A DNA stretch of 47,307 nucleotides from an uncultured Alphaproteobacteria bacterium (lineage in GTDB: Bacteria; Pseudomonadota; Alphaproteobacteria; Rs-D84): positions 1-47,307 of the forward strand of contig CAJOHU010000003.1 in assembly GCA_905234465.1 (NCBI GenBank), in the 5' to 3' direction. Positions 1 to 10,334 of this stretch are shown piece after piece. The position numbers and the translations under genes were made by a program. Every line of letters starts with the position of its first letter. Position 1 is the first letter of the stretch. Under the pieces are notes generated by a model, which searched no databases, had not been told where the DNA came from, and was given only the letters and a program-made list of their open reading frames with translations.

Positions 1-1
1 T

Positions 2-1051
2 GTGACCAGCAAGAAATATGTAGATGACCTGATGTCTGGATACCAGGGTAAATTACCTGGTTCCGGCGCAAATAAACTTATGATATATGATGATGAAACT
101 GGTATTGGTGAAAAATCCATTGAGGCAACACTTGTGTCAAATGCCACCGGTGTACCGACGGTTGGTGCGGTTAAGACGGGTTTGGACGGAAAACAAGATA
201 CGATTAATGGTACCCCGGGTTATGTGATGACGGGTACGGGAACCCCTGGCGATGTTGGTGAACGCGCGATTTACGGAACGGCGGTGTACAGTAATTCACT
301 TGTGACCGCTGAAACAGTCAACACCAGTGTCACGGATGCGGTAAACAGTTCTTTGATTCGTGTAGACGAAAATGGCGCGCCAAGCGATACTGGCACACTG
401 TGGGAAATTAATACTGATGTGTTTGCACTTGGTGTCTTGCCGTCAGGGTATACTCAGTTGGAATATATTGAATCAACAGGAACACAGTATATTGATACAG
501 GATTAAAATTAAATCAAAATAATATCGTTGAAGTAGATTGGATGTATTATACCGAATCTACTATAACCACTTCTGGTCGTATGTTTGGCGCAAGGTATAC
601 ATCTGGTTCAAGAAACTCGTTTTCAATTGGTTCAAATTCTGGTAAGGCTTCGATAGAAACTTATACTTTTGCTCAATTTGGTGATAATTCTGCACGTGCA
701 TTAAATAATATTGTAATTGGTCAATGGAATACTTATAAGGTGTCGGCTGATGGTTTTTATGTTAGCGGAGTGAAACAAGGTGATTTCCCTGTCGCCACTT
801 TTGAAACTCCTTTTACTGTAAAACTTTTTGCATTTGAGCAAGCATCTAGTTCAGGTGCGACCCCAGCTGTTGGGGGTGGTGTTGGAAGATGTAAGCAGTT
901 TAAGGTTTGGAATGGCGATACATTAGTAATGGATTTAATATCTGCTAAAAACAGTTCAAATGTCGTTGGTATGTATGACCTTGTTTCAGGACAATTCTTT
1001 ACAAACCAAGGTGAGGGCGAATTTATTGAGGGACCGCCAGTCGGAAATTAA
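2..1051 (+). CDS. 5'-truncated fibre/adhesin-like protein: conserved T/G-rich stalk region plus C-terminal 'YTQLEYIESTGTQYIDTG' beta-domain
   Basis: ORF open from the window edge. N-terminal region is closely similar to the inverted copy at 47037-47307. C-terminal domain ends 'GMYDLVSGQFFTN...GPPVGN', like the ORF at 46364-47035. Confidence 0.6.
   Translation: MTSKKYVDDLMSGYQGKLPGSGANKLMIYDDETGIGEKSIEATLVSNATGVPTVGAVKTGLDGKQDTINGTPGYVMTGTGTPGDVGERAIYGTAVYSNSLVTAETVNTSVTDAVNSSLIRVDENGAPSDTGTLWEINTDVFALGVLPSGYTQLEYIESTGTQYIDTGLKLNQNNIVEVDWMYYTESTITTSGRMFGARYTSGSRNSFSIGSNSGKASIETYTFAQFGDNSARALNNIVIGQWNTYKVSADGFYVSGVKQGDFPVATFETPFTVKLFAFEQASSSGATPAVGGGVGRCKQFKVWNGDTLVMDLISAKNSSNVVGMYDLVSGQFFTNQGEGEFIEGPPVGN
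76..346 (+). repeat. Conserved 5' block of the paralogous gene family; inverted repeat partner of 47037-47307
   Basis: Colinear, highly similar ~270-bp sequence (e.g. ACTTATGATATATGATGATGAAAC and GTGTACCGACGGTTGGTGCGGTTAAGACGGGTTTG in both copies). Confidence 0.9.
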
Positions 1052-1106
1052 AGCCGTCATGTAATATCTTGTTCAATTTTTGAAATACGGTTAGTTGTTG
1101 ATATTT

Positions 1107-2324
1107 CTATTCATATCGCAAACTGTCTATTGGATTTAATTTTGCCGCCTTGATTGCGGGCATAACGCCAGACGCCAATCCAACAACAACCGCCACAGAC
1201 ACAGATAAAACAACCGGCCATATACTGAATGGTACATTATATCCTAATATAAATCGTCCAATACCCTGGGACAGACCCACACCAAGCACAAGACCTATCA
1301 TAGAACCGATAAACGATATCATAATAGATTCTGCCAAAAACTGTGTAATAATATGGCGTTCACGCGCGCCGATTGCTTTGCGTATGCCTATTTCACGCGT
1401 GCGTTCTGCAACAGACACCAACATCATATTCATAATTCCGATTGCACCAACCAACAAAGATACTGCCGCAATTGCAATTAACAATAATTTCAGATAACCC
1501 GTAACAGTTGTCATCGTTTCCATAATTTGTTTCATATCCATAACCTGAAAATCGTCTTCATCGCCCGCTTTTAATCTGTGCCTATCGCGGAGCAGGGCGG
1601 ACACTTGGTCAATAACGACGGAATTATCCGCATCTTGGAACAGTTTTAATGCAACCATATTCACCGCATTTGGAAAACGACTGCCTTGGACGCGTTTTTT
1701 TAGGGTTGTTATGGGGATAAATACCATGTCATCTTGTGAACCCATCGCAGAATCGCCTTTTTCTTTTGGTACACCAATAATAACAAACGGAACATTTTGT
1801 ATACGAATAACTTCCCCAACAGGATTTTCACCCATTCCAAGTTCAGCAGCTGTTTTGGGACCGATAACAGCATACGTAGATGCGTTGCGCACTGCCGAAT
1901 TATCAAAAAACGCCCCGTATTCCATTTCTATGTTTTGCACCGTCGTATAATCTGGATACACACCAACCATTGATGTAGACCAATTTTTATTGCCGTAAAC
2001 AACCTGGGCCCCAGATGTTTGTACCGGCGACACAGCCGCCACATCCGGCAATTTTGCAATAACATCGGCATCATCGGTGGTCAAAGTCTGGCGATTGCCA
2101 GTACGTACCCCACCAATTTGTGCCGCCGCTGCACGTATCACAACAGTATTCGTCCCAAGCGATGAAAATTGATCTGTGATTTCTGTCTGAACCGTTTCAC
2201 CAACTGCAACCATTATAACCACAGCCATAACACCAATGATGATACCCAAAACCGTAAGAAAGGAACGTATTTTATTCCCACCAATGGACAGCCATGATTC
2301 TTTTAAAATATCATTCAGTGTCAT
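1107..2324 (-). CDS. MacB-type ABC transporter permease (MacB_PCD + FtsX)
   Basis: 'RSFLTVLGIIIGV', 'GAIGIMNMMLVSVAERTREIGIRKAIGA', C-terminal 'PAIKAAKLNPIDSLRYE'. Confidence 0.93.
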   Translation of the reverse strand: MTLNDILKESWLSIGGNKIRSFLTVLGIIIGVMAVVIMVAVGETVQTEITDQFSSLGTNTVVIRAAAAQIGGVRTGNRQTLTTDDADVIAKLPDVAAVSPVQTSGAQVVYGNKNWSTSMVGVYPDYTTVQNIEMEYGAFFDNSAVRNASTYAVIGPKTAAELGMGENPVGEVIRIQNVPFVIIGVPKEKGDSAMGSQDDMVFIPITTLKKRVQGSRFPNAVNMVALKLFQDADNSVVIDQVSALLRDRHRLKAGDEDDFQVMDMKQIMETMTTVTGYLKLLLIAIAAVSLLVGAIGIMNMMLVSVAERTREIGIRKAIGARERHIITQFLAESIMISFIGSMIGLVLGVGLSQGIGRFILGYNVPFSIWPVVLSVSVAVVVGLASGVMPAIKAAKLNPIDSLRYE

Positions 2325-3064
2325 CTCGTTGCCTTTGTTTTCTTGGTAAGTATCGCTTCGCTTTTTGGAATAGGTCCGTCGTAATTTATTCGCCCATCAT
2401 ATATGTGAATAAGGCGATTCGCATATTGTGCAATATCAAATTCGTGGGTAATCATAACAATAGTTATACCCATGTCTTTATTCAACTGCTTAAAAAACCG
2501 CAAAATCTCGTTCCCCATTTTTGAATCAAGTGCACCGGTTGGTTCATCAGCCAATATCAATTTTGGTTCACCCGCCAATGCGCGCGCAATGGCAACCCGT
2601 TGTTTCATTCCACCCGATAACTGGGTTGGTAAATAAAATTCAAAACTTTCCAAACCAACGCGGTGCAGCATTTCGCGTGCGCGGATAACACGGTCATCTG
2701 GGGTCATGCCACGATACATCAATGGCAACATTACATTGTCCAAGACATTTCTTTTTGGCAACAAATTAAAATTTTGAAACACAAAACCGATATGCTGATT
2801 ACGCACAACCGCCAATTCGTCATCTGTCATATTTGTAATATCGCGACCATAAAGTTCGTATATGCCGGATGTCGGCGTATCCAGCGCCCCAATAATATTC
2901 ATACACGTAGATTTTCCAGACCCAGATGGCCCCATAATCGCAACAAATTCACCCGCATGAATATCAAATGTTATATCAAATAAAACCTGTTGAACACCAC
3001 CAACTTCCAGTGGAAAACTTTTACAGATTTTATTCAGCGATATAATATTTTCTGTTTTTTTCAT
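2321..3064 (-). CDS. MacB/LolD-type ABC transporter ATP-binding protein
   Basis: Walker A GPSGSGKST, signature LSGGMKQR, Walker B ILADEPTGALD, H-loop ITH. ATG start at 3064 chosen. Confidence 0.93.
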   Translation of the reverse strand: MKKTENIISLNKICKSFPLEVGGVQQVLFDITFDIHAGEFVAIMGPSGSGKSTCMNIIGALDTPTSGIYELYGRDITNMTDDELAVVRNQHIGFVFQNFNLLPKRNVLDNVMLPLMYRGMTPDDRVIRAREMLHRVGLESFEFYLPTQLSGGMKQRVAIARALAGEPKLILADEPTGALDSKMGNEILRFFKQLNKDMGITIVMITHEFDIAQYANRLIHIYDGRINYDGPIPKSEAILTKKTKATR

Positions 3065-3077
3065 GGATAACTCTTGA

Positions 3078-4268
3078 TTAAAACGGACCGCGGCGGCGTG
3101 CCTGGGTTGCACTGGAACTGGTTGATTGACCGACACGACCGACTATCACCTTATCCCCAGGAATTATATCATCAGAAACTATTTGGGTTTCTGTTGCTGT
3201 TATCAAACCTTTTGTGTACGGAACAAAGACAACATCATCTTGGCGCATAATTGCCAAGTGGTCAGACGGTTTAATATCTGCGGGTGCATCAACAATTATA
3301 TTCTTAAAATCACGCACCAAGAATGCAGCATTTTGAGATTTCCAAACATCGTGCGCTTCGTCAATAAGTATCGTCACAAATGCGGTCATACCCGGCATAA
3401 GACTTAAATCGGAATTATCTACATCAATAACCACGGTGTAAACAACAACATTTGATGTGGTGGTTGGTGATAAACGAATTTGCCGAACAGTACCGTTAAA
3501 AGTTTTTCGCGGATACGCATCAACAGTAAACGTGACATTTTGTCCTTCTTTGATGACACCGATATCCGCTTCGGATACTGCTGTTTCAATTTGCATTTTT
3601 GATAAATCTTCGGCAATTTCAAACAAATCTGGCGTTTGAAAAGATGCCGCAACAGTTTGACCTTTATCAACCTTGCGAGAGATAACAGTTCCTTCTACTG
3701 GCGATGTAATGGTTGCGTACCCAAGATTTGTGACCGCCCTATCGTATTGAGATTGTGACCGTTTAACTGATTGCACAGCCTGTTCATAATTGGTCTGGGA
3801 CTGCTCCATTTCTGCGCGTGCTATATATCCAGAATCATACAGGGTTTTATTGCGTTCATAATCATTTTTTGCCAATGTTAATTGAGATTTTGCAGAATTT
3901 AGTGCGGCTTCGGCTTCGGCAACCGCCGCTTCCAACACGGACGGTTCTATCTTTAATAACAACTGACCTTTGGTCACGTGGGAATTATAATCAACAAAAA
4001 TATCTTCAATCGTGCCAGAAACTTGGGAACCAACACTTACAGTATTCACAGGATTTATTTCACCAGTCGCGGTCACAACTTGGCGTATATCGCCCCGAAT
4101 AATATTGACCGTCACGTATTCAACCCTGTTAGATTTTAACGTCAACAACCACCACAAACCAGCGCCCACAAACACACATAACACAAGCAAAGACCACCAT
4201 TTATGACGCCAAATCCACGAAAAAAATCTGCGAAACCACGATGGTTTTTTTTCTGGTTCTGTTTTCAT
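3078..4268 (-). CDS. MacA-type periplasmic adaptor (membrane fusion protein)
   Basis: N-terminal TM, 'VSVGSQVSGTIEDIFVDYNSHVTKGQLL', 'ITSPVEGTVISRKVDKGQTVAASFQTPDLF', 'LMPGMTA'. Confidence 0.92.
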   Translation of the reverse strand: MKTEPEKKPSWFRRFFSWIWRHKWWSLLVLCVFVGAGLWWLLTLKSNRVEYVTVNIIRGDIRQVVTATGEINPVNTVSVGSQVSGTIEDIFVDYNSHVTKGQLLLKIEPSVLEAAVAEAEAALNSAKSQLTLAKNDYERNKTLYDSGYIARAEMEQSQTNYEQAVQSVKRSQSQYDRAVTNLGYATITSPVEGTVISRKVDKGQTVAASFQTPDLFEIAEDLSKMQIETAVSEADIGVIKEGQNVTFTVDAYPRKTFNGTVRQIRLSPTTTSNVVVYTVVIDVDNSDLSLMPGMTAFVTILIDEAHDVWKSQNAAFLVRDFKNIIVDAPADIKPSDHLAIMRQDDVVFVPYTKGLITATETQIVSDDIIPGDKVIVGRVGQSTSSSATQARRRGPF

Positions 4269-5597
4269 TTATTCTTCCTTTTCTATTTCTGATTTTATAT
4301 CACCAATCGCCAACGCCAATGCCGCACGTTTTGTAAACAGGTCGTATTTTGCAGCATTGTGTTGCTTTTGCGCAGACACCAATTCTGATTGCGCTGTTTG
4401 CCAATCTAACATCGTTGCGCGTCCGACTTTATACATACCTGCCGTCACTTTTTCTGATTCAGTGGCAGATGCTAACAGTGCTTTTGTTTGTGACAAAACA
4501 GTCTGGGCGGTTTTGTAATTTTGATATGCACTGAATACATCTAATTCGGCATTATCGCTTGCGCTGCGCAGATTTTCAGTTGCACTGTCATACGATGACT
4601 GGGCACTGCGTACATTATACATGTTTGCAAACCCCGCAAATATAGGCATAGATGCCCGGATAGTTATTGTACCACCAACTTTTTCAGAACTTGGACCGAA
4701 CACCCCAGAAAAATTATCATCACCCCAAGACAAAGTGCCCGACGCACTTATACTTGGCAAGTTTCTTAGAAAAGCGCTGTTGCGACGGTGCCACGCCGCA
4801 TCTTTGTTCGCCGATGCGCGCAGCAAATCAGGACGATGTTCGCGTGCGATTTCAATCAATTCATCAATTCCGCGATTTTCACGCGGTGCACCAAAATCAC
4901 CCGACATATCTGCAATAGTTATCTCTTCATCTGCTGGAAAAGATAATTTTGATAACAATGTACCTTTGGCTATTTCACGATTGTTTTTTGCGCGTTCTAA
5001 ATCCAAATCGCGACTTGCCATTGTGGTCTCTGCCTTTAATACATCTGCACGTGCGACAACGCCCGCCTTAAACTTTTTGTTTGCGGTATCAAGTGCTGTT
5101 TGTGCAACCGTGCGCAAAGACCGCGCACTTTCCACATCGGCGTCTGCATTCAATAACGCATAGTAAGCACCGATTATACTGTATATATAGTTCTGAACAC
5201 GTTCATCATAATCAAACCCCGTGGCGCGCCACACCGCAGATAACTGATTCAAATCCGCAAGTCTTCTGCCAAAATCAAAAATCAAATAAGATGCAGAAAT
5301 TGATGCGCCGTAATTCCAATCGCCCCAATCTTTATTTTCATATTTATTTCCCATGGAAACCGTACCATTCACCGATGGTAAATAGTCTGCATAACCGGCG
5401 TTTTTGTTAAATCGCGCAGATTCCAAAGAATAATATGCAGATGCTGTTTGCGGATTCCGACACAACCCTAATTCAATAATTTGGGTCAAATCCAGAACGC
5501 CATCTGGGACATTTTTGCGCGACATACAATCATCTGTTTCGGCAAACGCAATCACCGGCAGCACCGCAAAAATCAAGGAAAAATTCGCTATTTTCAT
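4269..5597 (-). CDS. TolC-family outer membrane efflux protein
   Basis: Signal peptide and two OEP-like repeats ('YLPSV...FDFGRR', 'NLPSIS...PIFAGF'); first gene of the exporter operon. Confidence 0.88.
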   Translation of the reverse strand: MKIANFSLIFAVLPVIAFAETDDCMSRKNVPDGVLDLTQIIELGLCRNPQTASAYYSLESARFNKNAGYADYLPSVNGTVSMGNKYENKDWGDWNYGASISASYLIFDFGRRLADLNQLSAVWRATGFDYDERVQNYIYSIIGAYYALLNADADVESARSLRTVAQTALDTANKKFKAGVVARADVLKAETTMASRDLDLERAKNNREIAKGTLLSKLSFPADEEITIADMSGDFGAPRENRGIDELIEIAREHRPDLLRASANKDAAWHRRNSAFLRNLPSISASGTLSWGDDNFSGVFGPSSEKVGGTITIRASMPIFAGFANMYNVRSAQSSYDSATENLRSASDNAELDVFSAYQNYKTAQTVLSQTKALLASATESEKVTAGMYKVGRATMLDWQTAQSELVSAQKQHNAAKYDLFTKRAALALAIGDIKSEIEKEE

Positions 5598-5685
5598 ACT
5601 CTCGCCCCCATGAATATTTTGATTATATATTTTTTTATATTGAAAAACAATTTTTTTTTGATTAACATCGGCATGTTCATCATAT

Positions 5686-5759
5686 GGCTTGGTGGCAGAG
5701 TGGTTATGCAGAGGACTGCAAATCCTTGTATGCCGGTTCGATTCCGACCCAAGCCTCCA
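5686..5759 (+). tRNA. tRNA-Cys(GCA)
   Basis: Cloverleaf GGCTTGG/CCAAGCC, anticodon arm GAGGA-CTGCAAA-TCCTT, T loop TTCGATT, discriminator U, encoded CCA. Confidence 0.97.
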
Positions 5760-5768
5760 AATTTAAAT

Positions 5769-5786
5769 GCGGCGTGTGCCGCTTTT
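5769..5786 (+). terminator. Probable intrinsic terminator after tRNA-Cys
   Basis: GCGGC-GTGT-GCCGC followed by TTTT. Confidence 0.55.
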
Positions 5787-5828
5787 ATTCTTGAAAAAAC
5801 ACGTTAAAAAATCTAACCTGTGATAGAC

Positions 5829-6896
5829 ATGATTGAAAGCATAACATTAACCGATTTTAGAAATCATAAAACCTGTCGCATTGGAACAGGTGGGCATCGG
5901 AATATAATCATAACCGGTCCAAACGGGGCGGGCAAAACCGCAATACTTGAAGCATTATCTATGCTGTCTGGTGACCGCGGTATGCGTGGTGCACCAATGA
6001 ATGAAGTTGCACGATTTGATGGGGCAGGGGGGTTTTCTGTATACGCGAACCTGCAAGACGACAGTGAAATATGCGTGTATTTCAATCCAACAGATACAAA
6101 CAGACATGCACGTATTGATGGAGAAAATGCAACATTATCAGAACTAAGCAAAAAGATTCGTGCTGTGTGGGTCACACCGCGTGAAGACAGAATATTTACA
6201 GATGCCGCATCTGAACGCCGCGCGTTTTTTGACCGTATGACCGCGTGTTTTGATTCTGCACATGCGGGGCGGGTTGCAAAACATGCCAAATTATTCACAG
6301 AACGCGCAGGTGCATTAAAAATGGGTGCAGACGATAAATGGATGGACGCATTGGATACTCAAATCGCAGCAGTTGCAGTTGCGATTGCGGCGGCGCGCAT
6401 ACAATACGCCGGTGAAGTAAATTATTTTTTGAATGATGCGGCTGTATCTGTGGCGGGTATGGTTGAATCTATGATTATGAATTCTAATGCCGCAGATTCA
6501 GAACGCGAATATTTTGCATATCTGAAAAAAAACAGAATGTTAATCAATGACAAAATGGTTCTGGATGGTGTGAATAAATCTGATTTTGGTGTATTTAATC
6601 AGGTATTAAACTTGCCGTCAAATTTGACCAGCACCGGTCAGCAAAAAACAACATTATTAAACCTTATATTGGCACATGCAAAATTAGTTTTCACAAAAAC
6701 AGGTATGTCACCGATAATACTGTTGGATGAAGCCGCCGCACATTTAGATTCAGACGCACGTGCAAAACTGTTTTCTGAATTGGGAAAAAATAATGCCCAG
6801 GTTTGGGCGACAGGATTAGATGCAGATGTGTTTCGTGATGTGCCTGATGCAGAATTTGTTGCTTGCATAAACGGTGTGGCACATAATATAATTTGA
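5829..6896 (+). CDS. recF: DNA replication and repair protein RecF
   Basis: 'LTDFRNH', Walker A GPNGAGKT, 'STGQQK' signature, 'LLDEAAAHLD'. Confidence 0.92.
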   Translation: MIESITLTDFRNHKTCRIGTGGHRNIIITGPNGAGKTAILEALSMLSGDRGMRGAPMNEVARFDGAGGFSVYANLQDDSEICVYFNPTDTNRHARIDGENATLSELSKKIRAVWVTPREDRIFTDAASERRAFFDRMTACFDSAHAGRVAKHAKLFTERAGALKMGADDKWMDALDTQIAAVAVAIAAARIQYAGEVNYFLNDAAVSVAGMVESMIMNSNAADSEREYFAYLKKNRMLINDKMVLDGVNKSDFGVFNQVLNLPSNLTSTGQQKTTLLNLILAHAKLVFTKTGMSPIILLDEAAAHLDSDARAKLFSELGKNNAQVWATGLDADVFRDVPDAEFVACINGVAHNII

Positions 6897-6916
6897 TGGC
6901 ACGAAAGGAAATAAAA

Positions 6917-7387
6917 ATGGCAACAATAGATTATCAGTCTTTATTAGATACCGCATTAAAATCCGTGGTTCGTGATGCATTGATACATGCCCAGATAAAC
7001 GGACTTGGTGATGGGACACACTTTTTTATAACATTTCGTACACATGATTCAGGTGTTGTGTTGCCCGATTTCTTGCGTATACGGTATCCGGACATTATGA
7101 CGATTGTTTTGCAGTATTCGTACAATAACCTGAATGTTTCGGATAAAGAATTTGGCGTTCAATTAACATTTGATGGCCGACCGTTTTTTATCAGGGTTCC
7201 ATTTTCTGCATTGGTTGAATTCAAAGACCCATCGGTTGATTTTATGCTGTCTTTTCATAAACAGAAAACCCAATCATCACCCGATAATGATATAGAATTA
7301 CCATTGGATGGCACAGGCGACACAATTCCAGATACAGGTCGTGTTGTCTCATTAGATGAATTTAGAAAAAGAAAGAAACACAGTTAA
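6917..7387 (+). CDS. sspB: ClpXP adaptor SspB (alphaproteobacterial type)
   Basis: 'IDYQSL', 'HFFITFRT', 'YPDIMTIVLQY', 'FKDPSVDF', C-terminal 'VVSLDEFRK'. RBS AAGGA upstream. Confidence 0.9.
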   Translation: MATIDYQSLLDTALKSVVRDALIHAQINGLGDGTHFFITFRTHDSGVVLPDFLRIRYPDIMTIVLQYSYNNLNVSDKEFGVQLTFDGRPFFIRVPFSALVEFKDPSVDFMLSFHKQKTQSSPDNDIELPLDGTGDTIPDTGRVVSLDEFRKRKKHS

Positions 7388-7527
7388 TATTAGTAAACCT
7401 ATTGTTGATATAGGCGCAAGGTTTGCACCCATTTTTTGTTATTTTGCAAAGCCCCCTCTGCGCCCCATGGGTACGAAATAAAAAACTGGACAATCAGAAA
7501 AATATAAATTATGATTCTTGATGCTTT

Positions 7528-7604
7528 GGGTGTTTAGCTCAGTTGGCTAGAGCATCTGCTTTACACGCAGAGGGTCAGGGGTTCAAGTCCCTTAACACCC
7601 ACCA
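7528..7604 (+). tRNA. tRNA-Val(TAC)
   Basis: GGGTGTT/AACACCC acceptor, anticodon arm TCTGC-TTTACAC-GCAGA, T loop TTCAAGT, CCA. Confidence 0.97.
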
Positions 7605-7612
7605 GAAATTTT

Positions 7613-7637
7613 AAATGCGCACCACAATGCGCATTTT
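7613..7637. terminator. Terminator between tRNA-Val and the convergent operon
   Basis: AAATGCGCA-CCACAA-TGCGCATTTT. Confidence 0.65.
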
Positions 7638-7647
7638 GTTATTTATA

Positions 7648-8391
7648 TTATCTGTTTTTTATTTGCCACGATAATGCATTGATAATATATAATTCTGCGC
7701 GGGCAACATCAAATTGTTTTGTATCGGGGTCTTTTAATTTGCCTTCGGCATCTATCCATATATCATTGGTGGCGGGTACAACCGCGTTTATCTTGTCCAA
7801 TTCGCAAATGACATTATCGGGTCCCAAACCACCACTGTAGCCCATTTTATGATTCGGCATAACCGGTGCGCGCCACGCACGTGGCGATATTCCGCGTCCA
7901 CCAGACGCATCAAACAACATTGAAAATTCTGCACATGTTTCATTCAATGCTTTTAATCGTCTGCGCTGTTTGGATGTGTATTGGAATATAAATTCTATGT
8001 CTGGATATGCACGAATAATATCGGCGACCCTGTTCGCATAAAATCTGAAACTGTCGTTGCCGCCATTTATATTTATCTGGACGCGTCTAATTACCGGTGT
8101 TCCGTTATTGCGTTGCATATCCCACATTCGCTTAATTTCATACGGAATATTACCGCTACAAATTTCTGTGCGCCAATCTGAATTTATATGCATTGCCAGG
8201 TTTATATTTGTATTACGCGTTGCATGCATCAGGGTTTCAAACCATACATATCGCGGCATCCATCCCGAAAATTTTGATGGATGTGCCTGAATCGCAAATT
8301 CAGCCATTGGATATTTCTTGCCAAGGGCGATAATATCATCTATTTCATTATATTCGCGCATATCACTGCATGTAATTTTTTCCAGAATCAT
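7648..8391 (-). CDS. TrpF/PRAI-like TIM-barrel protein of unknown function
   Basis: 'LFDASGGRG', 'GYSGGLGPDNV' and 'WIDAEGKLK' resemble PRAI phosphate-binding motifs, but the N-terminus is divergent and there is no trp context. Confidence 0.55.
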   Translation of the reverse strand: MILEKITCSDMREYNEIDDIIALGKKYPMAEFAIQAHPSKFSGWMPRYVWFETLMHATRNTNINLAMHINSDWRTEICSGNIPYEIKRMWDMQRNNGTPVIRRVQININGGNDSFRFYANRVADIIRAYPDIEFIFQYTSKQRRRLKALNETCAEFSMLFDASGGRGISPRAWRAPVMPNHKMGYSGGLGPDNVICELDKINAVVPATNDIWIDAEGKLKDPDTKQFDVARAELYIINALSWQIKNR

Positions 8392-9502
8392 CGGTTGCTC
8401 CTTTATTTAACATTCTCGCCTCGCCACTGATTCTTAGTTGCCCACACGCAGACCCAATATCGTTTCCGCGTTCCCGGCGTATGCGTGCATGTACACCATT
8501 TCTGATTAAAATATCTTGGAATCGGTGCACCGCATTGCCTGATGGTGATGTGAATTCGCGTTCAGATACCGCGTTCCACGGTATCAGATTTACCATACAA
8601 TTTTTTCCGCGAACAATTTCTACCAACTGTTCTGCCATATCTGGTGTGGCGTTTAACAGATTGCCGTCTTTATCACCAAGTAATATATATTCTATCATCA
8701 ATTGACGATTATGTTGTTCTGTAAATCGCCATACCGCATTCATGATTTCATTAATAGAATATTTGTTCGCAATAGGCATAATCTTTTTGCGCAATTCATC
8801 ATTTGGTGCGTGTAAAGATATCGCCAAATTTATCGGGCGTCCCCATTCAACAAGCGCATCTATACCCGGCACAATCCCACACGTAGAAACCGTTATGCGA
8901 CGCCATCCGATACCCATATCGCGATTTGCCCGTTCAATAAATCCGATAACATTTTCTGTGTTCTGTAACGGTTCACCCGTGCCCATTACGACAATATGCG
9001 AAACATCGCCATTATTTGCATCACCATTTGGGCGTATCGGTTTGTCGTTGAATTTATCGCCACGCAATTCCCATTGTGCGACCAAAATCTGGGCAAATAT
9101 TTCATTTACGGTCAAATTGCGTTTTAAACCCATCAATGTACTGGCGCAGAATTTACATCCCATTGCACAGCCCGCCTGGGAACTGACACAAACACTGTTG
9201 CCATAACTGGTACGCATTAAAACGCACTCTATACGTTCGCCATCATTCAATTCCAACAAGAATTTTGTTGTCTGCCCATCAGATGATTCTAATTTTTTTA
9301 CAATTCGCACAGGCAAAGTTTGGGCACACGCGTCTAAATCATTGCGCAAATTTGCCGGTAAATTTTTCATAGAATTAAAATCTGGGGCGCCACGCGCCAT
9401 CCATTCAGAAATCTGTTTTGCGCGAAACCGCGGTTGCCCCATATCTGATACAAAATTTTCTAGTTCGGGCGTGGTTAAATCAAACAGAATTGTTTTTGTC
9501 AT
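8363..9502 (-). CDS. rlmN: 23S rRNA/tRNA m2A methyltransferase RlmN
   Basis: Radical SAM CVSSQAGCAMGCKFC, 'MGTGEP', 'AISLHA', 'ACGQL'. Confidence 0.96.
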   Translation of the reverse strand: MTKTILFDLTTPELENFVSDMGQPRFRAKQISEWMARGAPDFNSMKNLPANLRNDLDACAQTLPVRIVKKLESSDGQTTKFLLELNDGERIECVLMRTSYGNSVCVSSQAGCAMGCKFCASTLMGLKRNLTVNEIFAQILVAQWELRGDKFNDKPIRPNGDANNGDVSHIVVMGTGEPLQNTENVIGFIERANRDMGIGWRRITVSTCGIVPGIDALVEWGRPINLAISLHAPNDELRKKIMPIANKYSINEIMNAVWRFTEQHNRQLMIEYILLGDKDGNLLNATPDMAEQLVEIVRGKNCMVNLIPWNAVSEREFTSPSGNAVHRFQDILIRNGVHARIRRERGNDIGSACGQLRISGEARMLNKGATDDSGKNYMQ

Positions 9503-10320
9503 AATTTATACCTGTCATCGTTTATAATCACCACTGCACGGCGGCGCAGTTGTTTTAATTGTTGGTCTGCAACAAACATAGATTGTTTGTAAATCGCGTT
9601 TTGTTTGATTATATCGTCCAATTTTCCGTATTCTTTGGTCTTGGTTGTTTTACATACTAAAAACACAGAATCATTTTTCGGCTTTGACCATGTAAGCAGC
9701 GGCAAACCCGCAATTTGTTCGCGTACATCCGCAGACAGTTCATATTGCATCGCCGTAAATTGTTGTGGCGCACCACCAAGTCTTGTTGCAATGTCAACTG
9801 CGTCATCGCAATTTTTTGGTTTGGTAAGTTTTGACACAACATCATCAGGCACATCAACCAATCGCACCATTGTCATTTCCAATGGCAACCCATGTTCGCG
9901 TTCAAGCGAAACTTTTTCAGCGGCGATATCTTCACGTGAAACATCCACGGTTGGCATAATTGTACGAGCAACGACAACCTGCCATGCAATATTGGCACGC
10001 ATCGCGCTGCGCGCCATTTCTTTTTCAGACGCCGTTAATTCACCCAATTCCATTTTCTGTAATTCTTCATCTGCATCTTTATCGGTAGGTTTCACATTAA
10101 AATTCGCGGCGTATTTTAATTTCACACTGTCATCAATTATGTTTTGCAATGCCAAACGGCGATTATCTGTTGATGTTTTTCCTTGGCGTGCCATTAATTT
10201 AACACGTGCGGTAATATCCGCATCTGTGATTGGTGTTCCATCAACAGTTGCGATAACTGTCGCAGCGTTTGCAGGACATATCATCATAATGATTCCAAAA
10301 GCATAAAGTATTTTTTTCAT
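9499..10320 (-). CDS. surA: SurA-like periplasmic chaperone
   Basis: Signal peptide, 'IATVDGTPITDADITARVKL', C-terminal 'LKQLRRRAVV'; directly downstream of lptD. Confidence 0.75.
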   Translation of the reverse strand: MKKILYAFGIIMMICPANAATVIATVDGTPITDADITARVKLMARQGKTSTDNRRLALQNIIDDSVKLKYAANFNVKPTDKDADEELQKMELGELTASEKEMARSAMRANIAWQVVVARTIMPTVDVSREDIAAEKVSLEREHGLPLEMTMVRLVDVPDDVVSKLTKPKNCDDAVDIATRLGGAPQQFTAMQYELSADVREQIAGLPLLTWSKPKNDSVFLVCKTTKTKEYGKLDDIIKQNAIYKQSMFVADQQLKQLRRRAVVIINDDRYKL

Positions 10321-10334
10321 TTTTTCCTTCTTTT

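Noticed and set aside
2-1051. Diversity-generating retroelement acting on the terminal paralogues
   Set aside because: No reverse transcriptase in the window, and differences between the copies are not adenine-specific.
5481-5807. 108-aa ORF, and likewise ORFs spanning 31866-32268
   Set aside because: They overlap tRNA genes and promoters; spurious.
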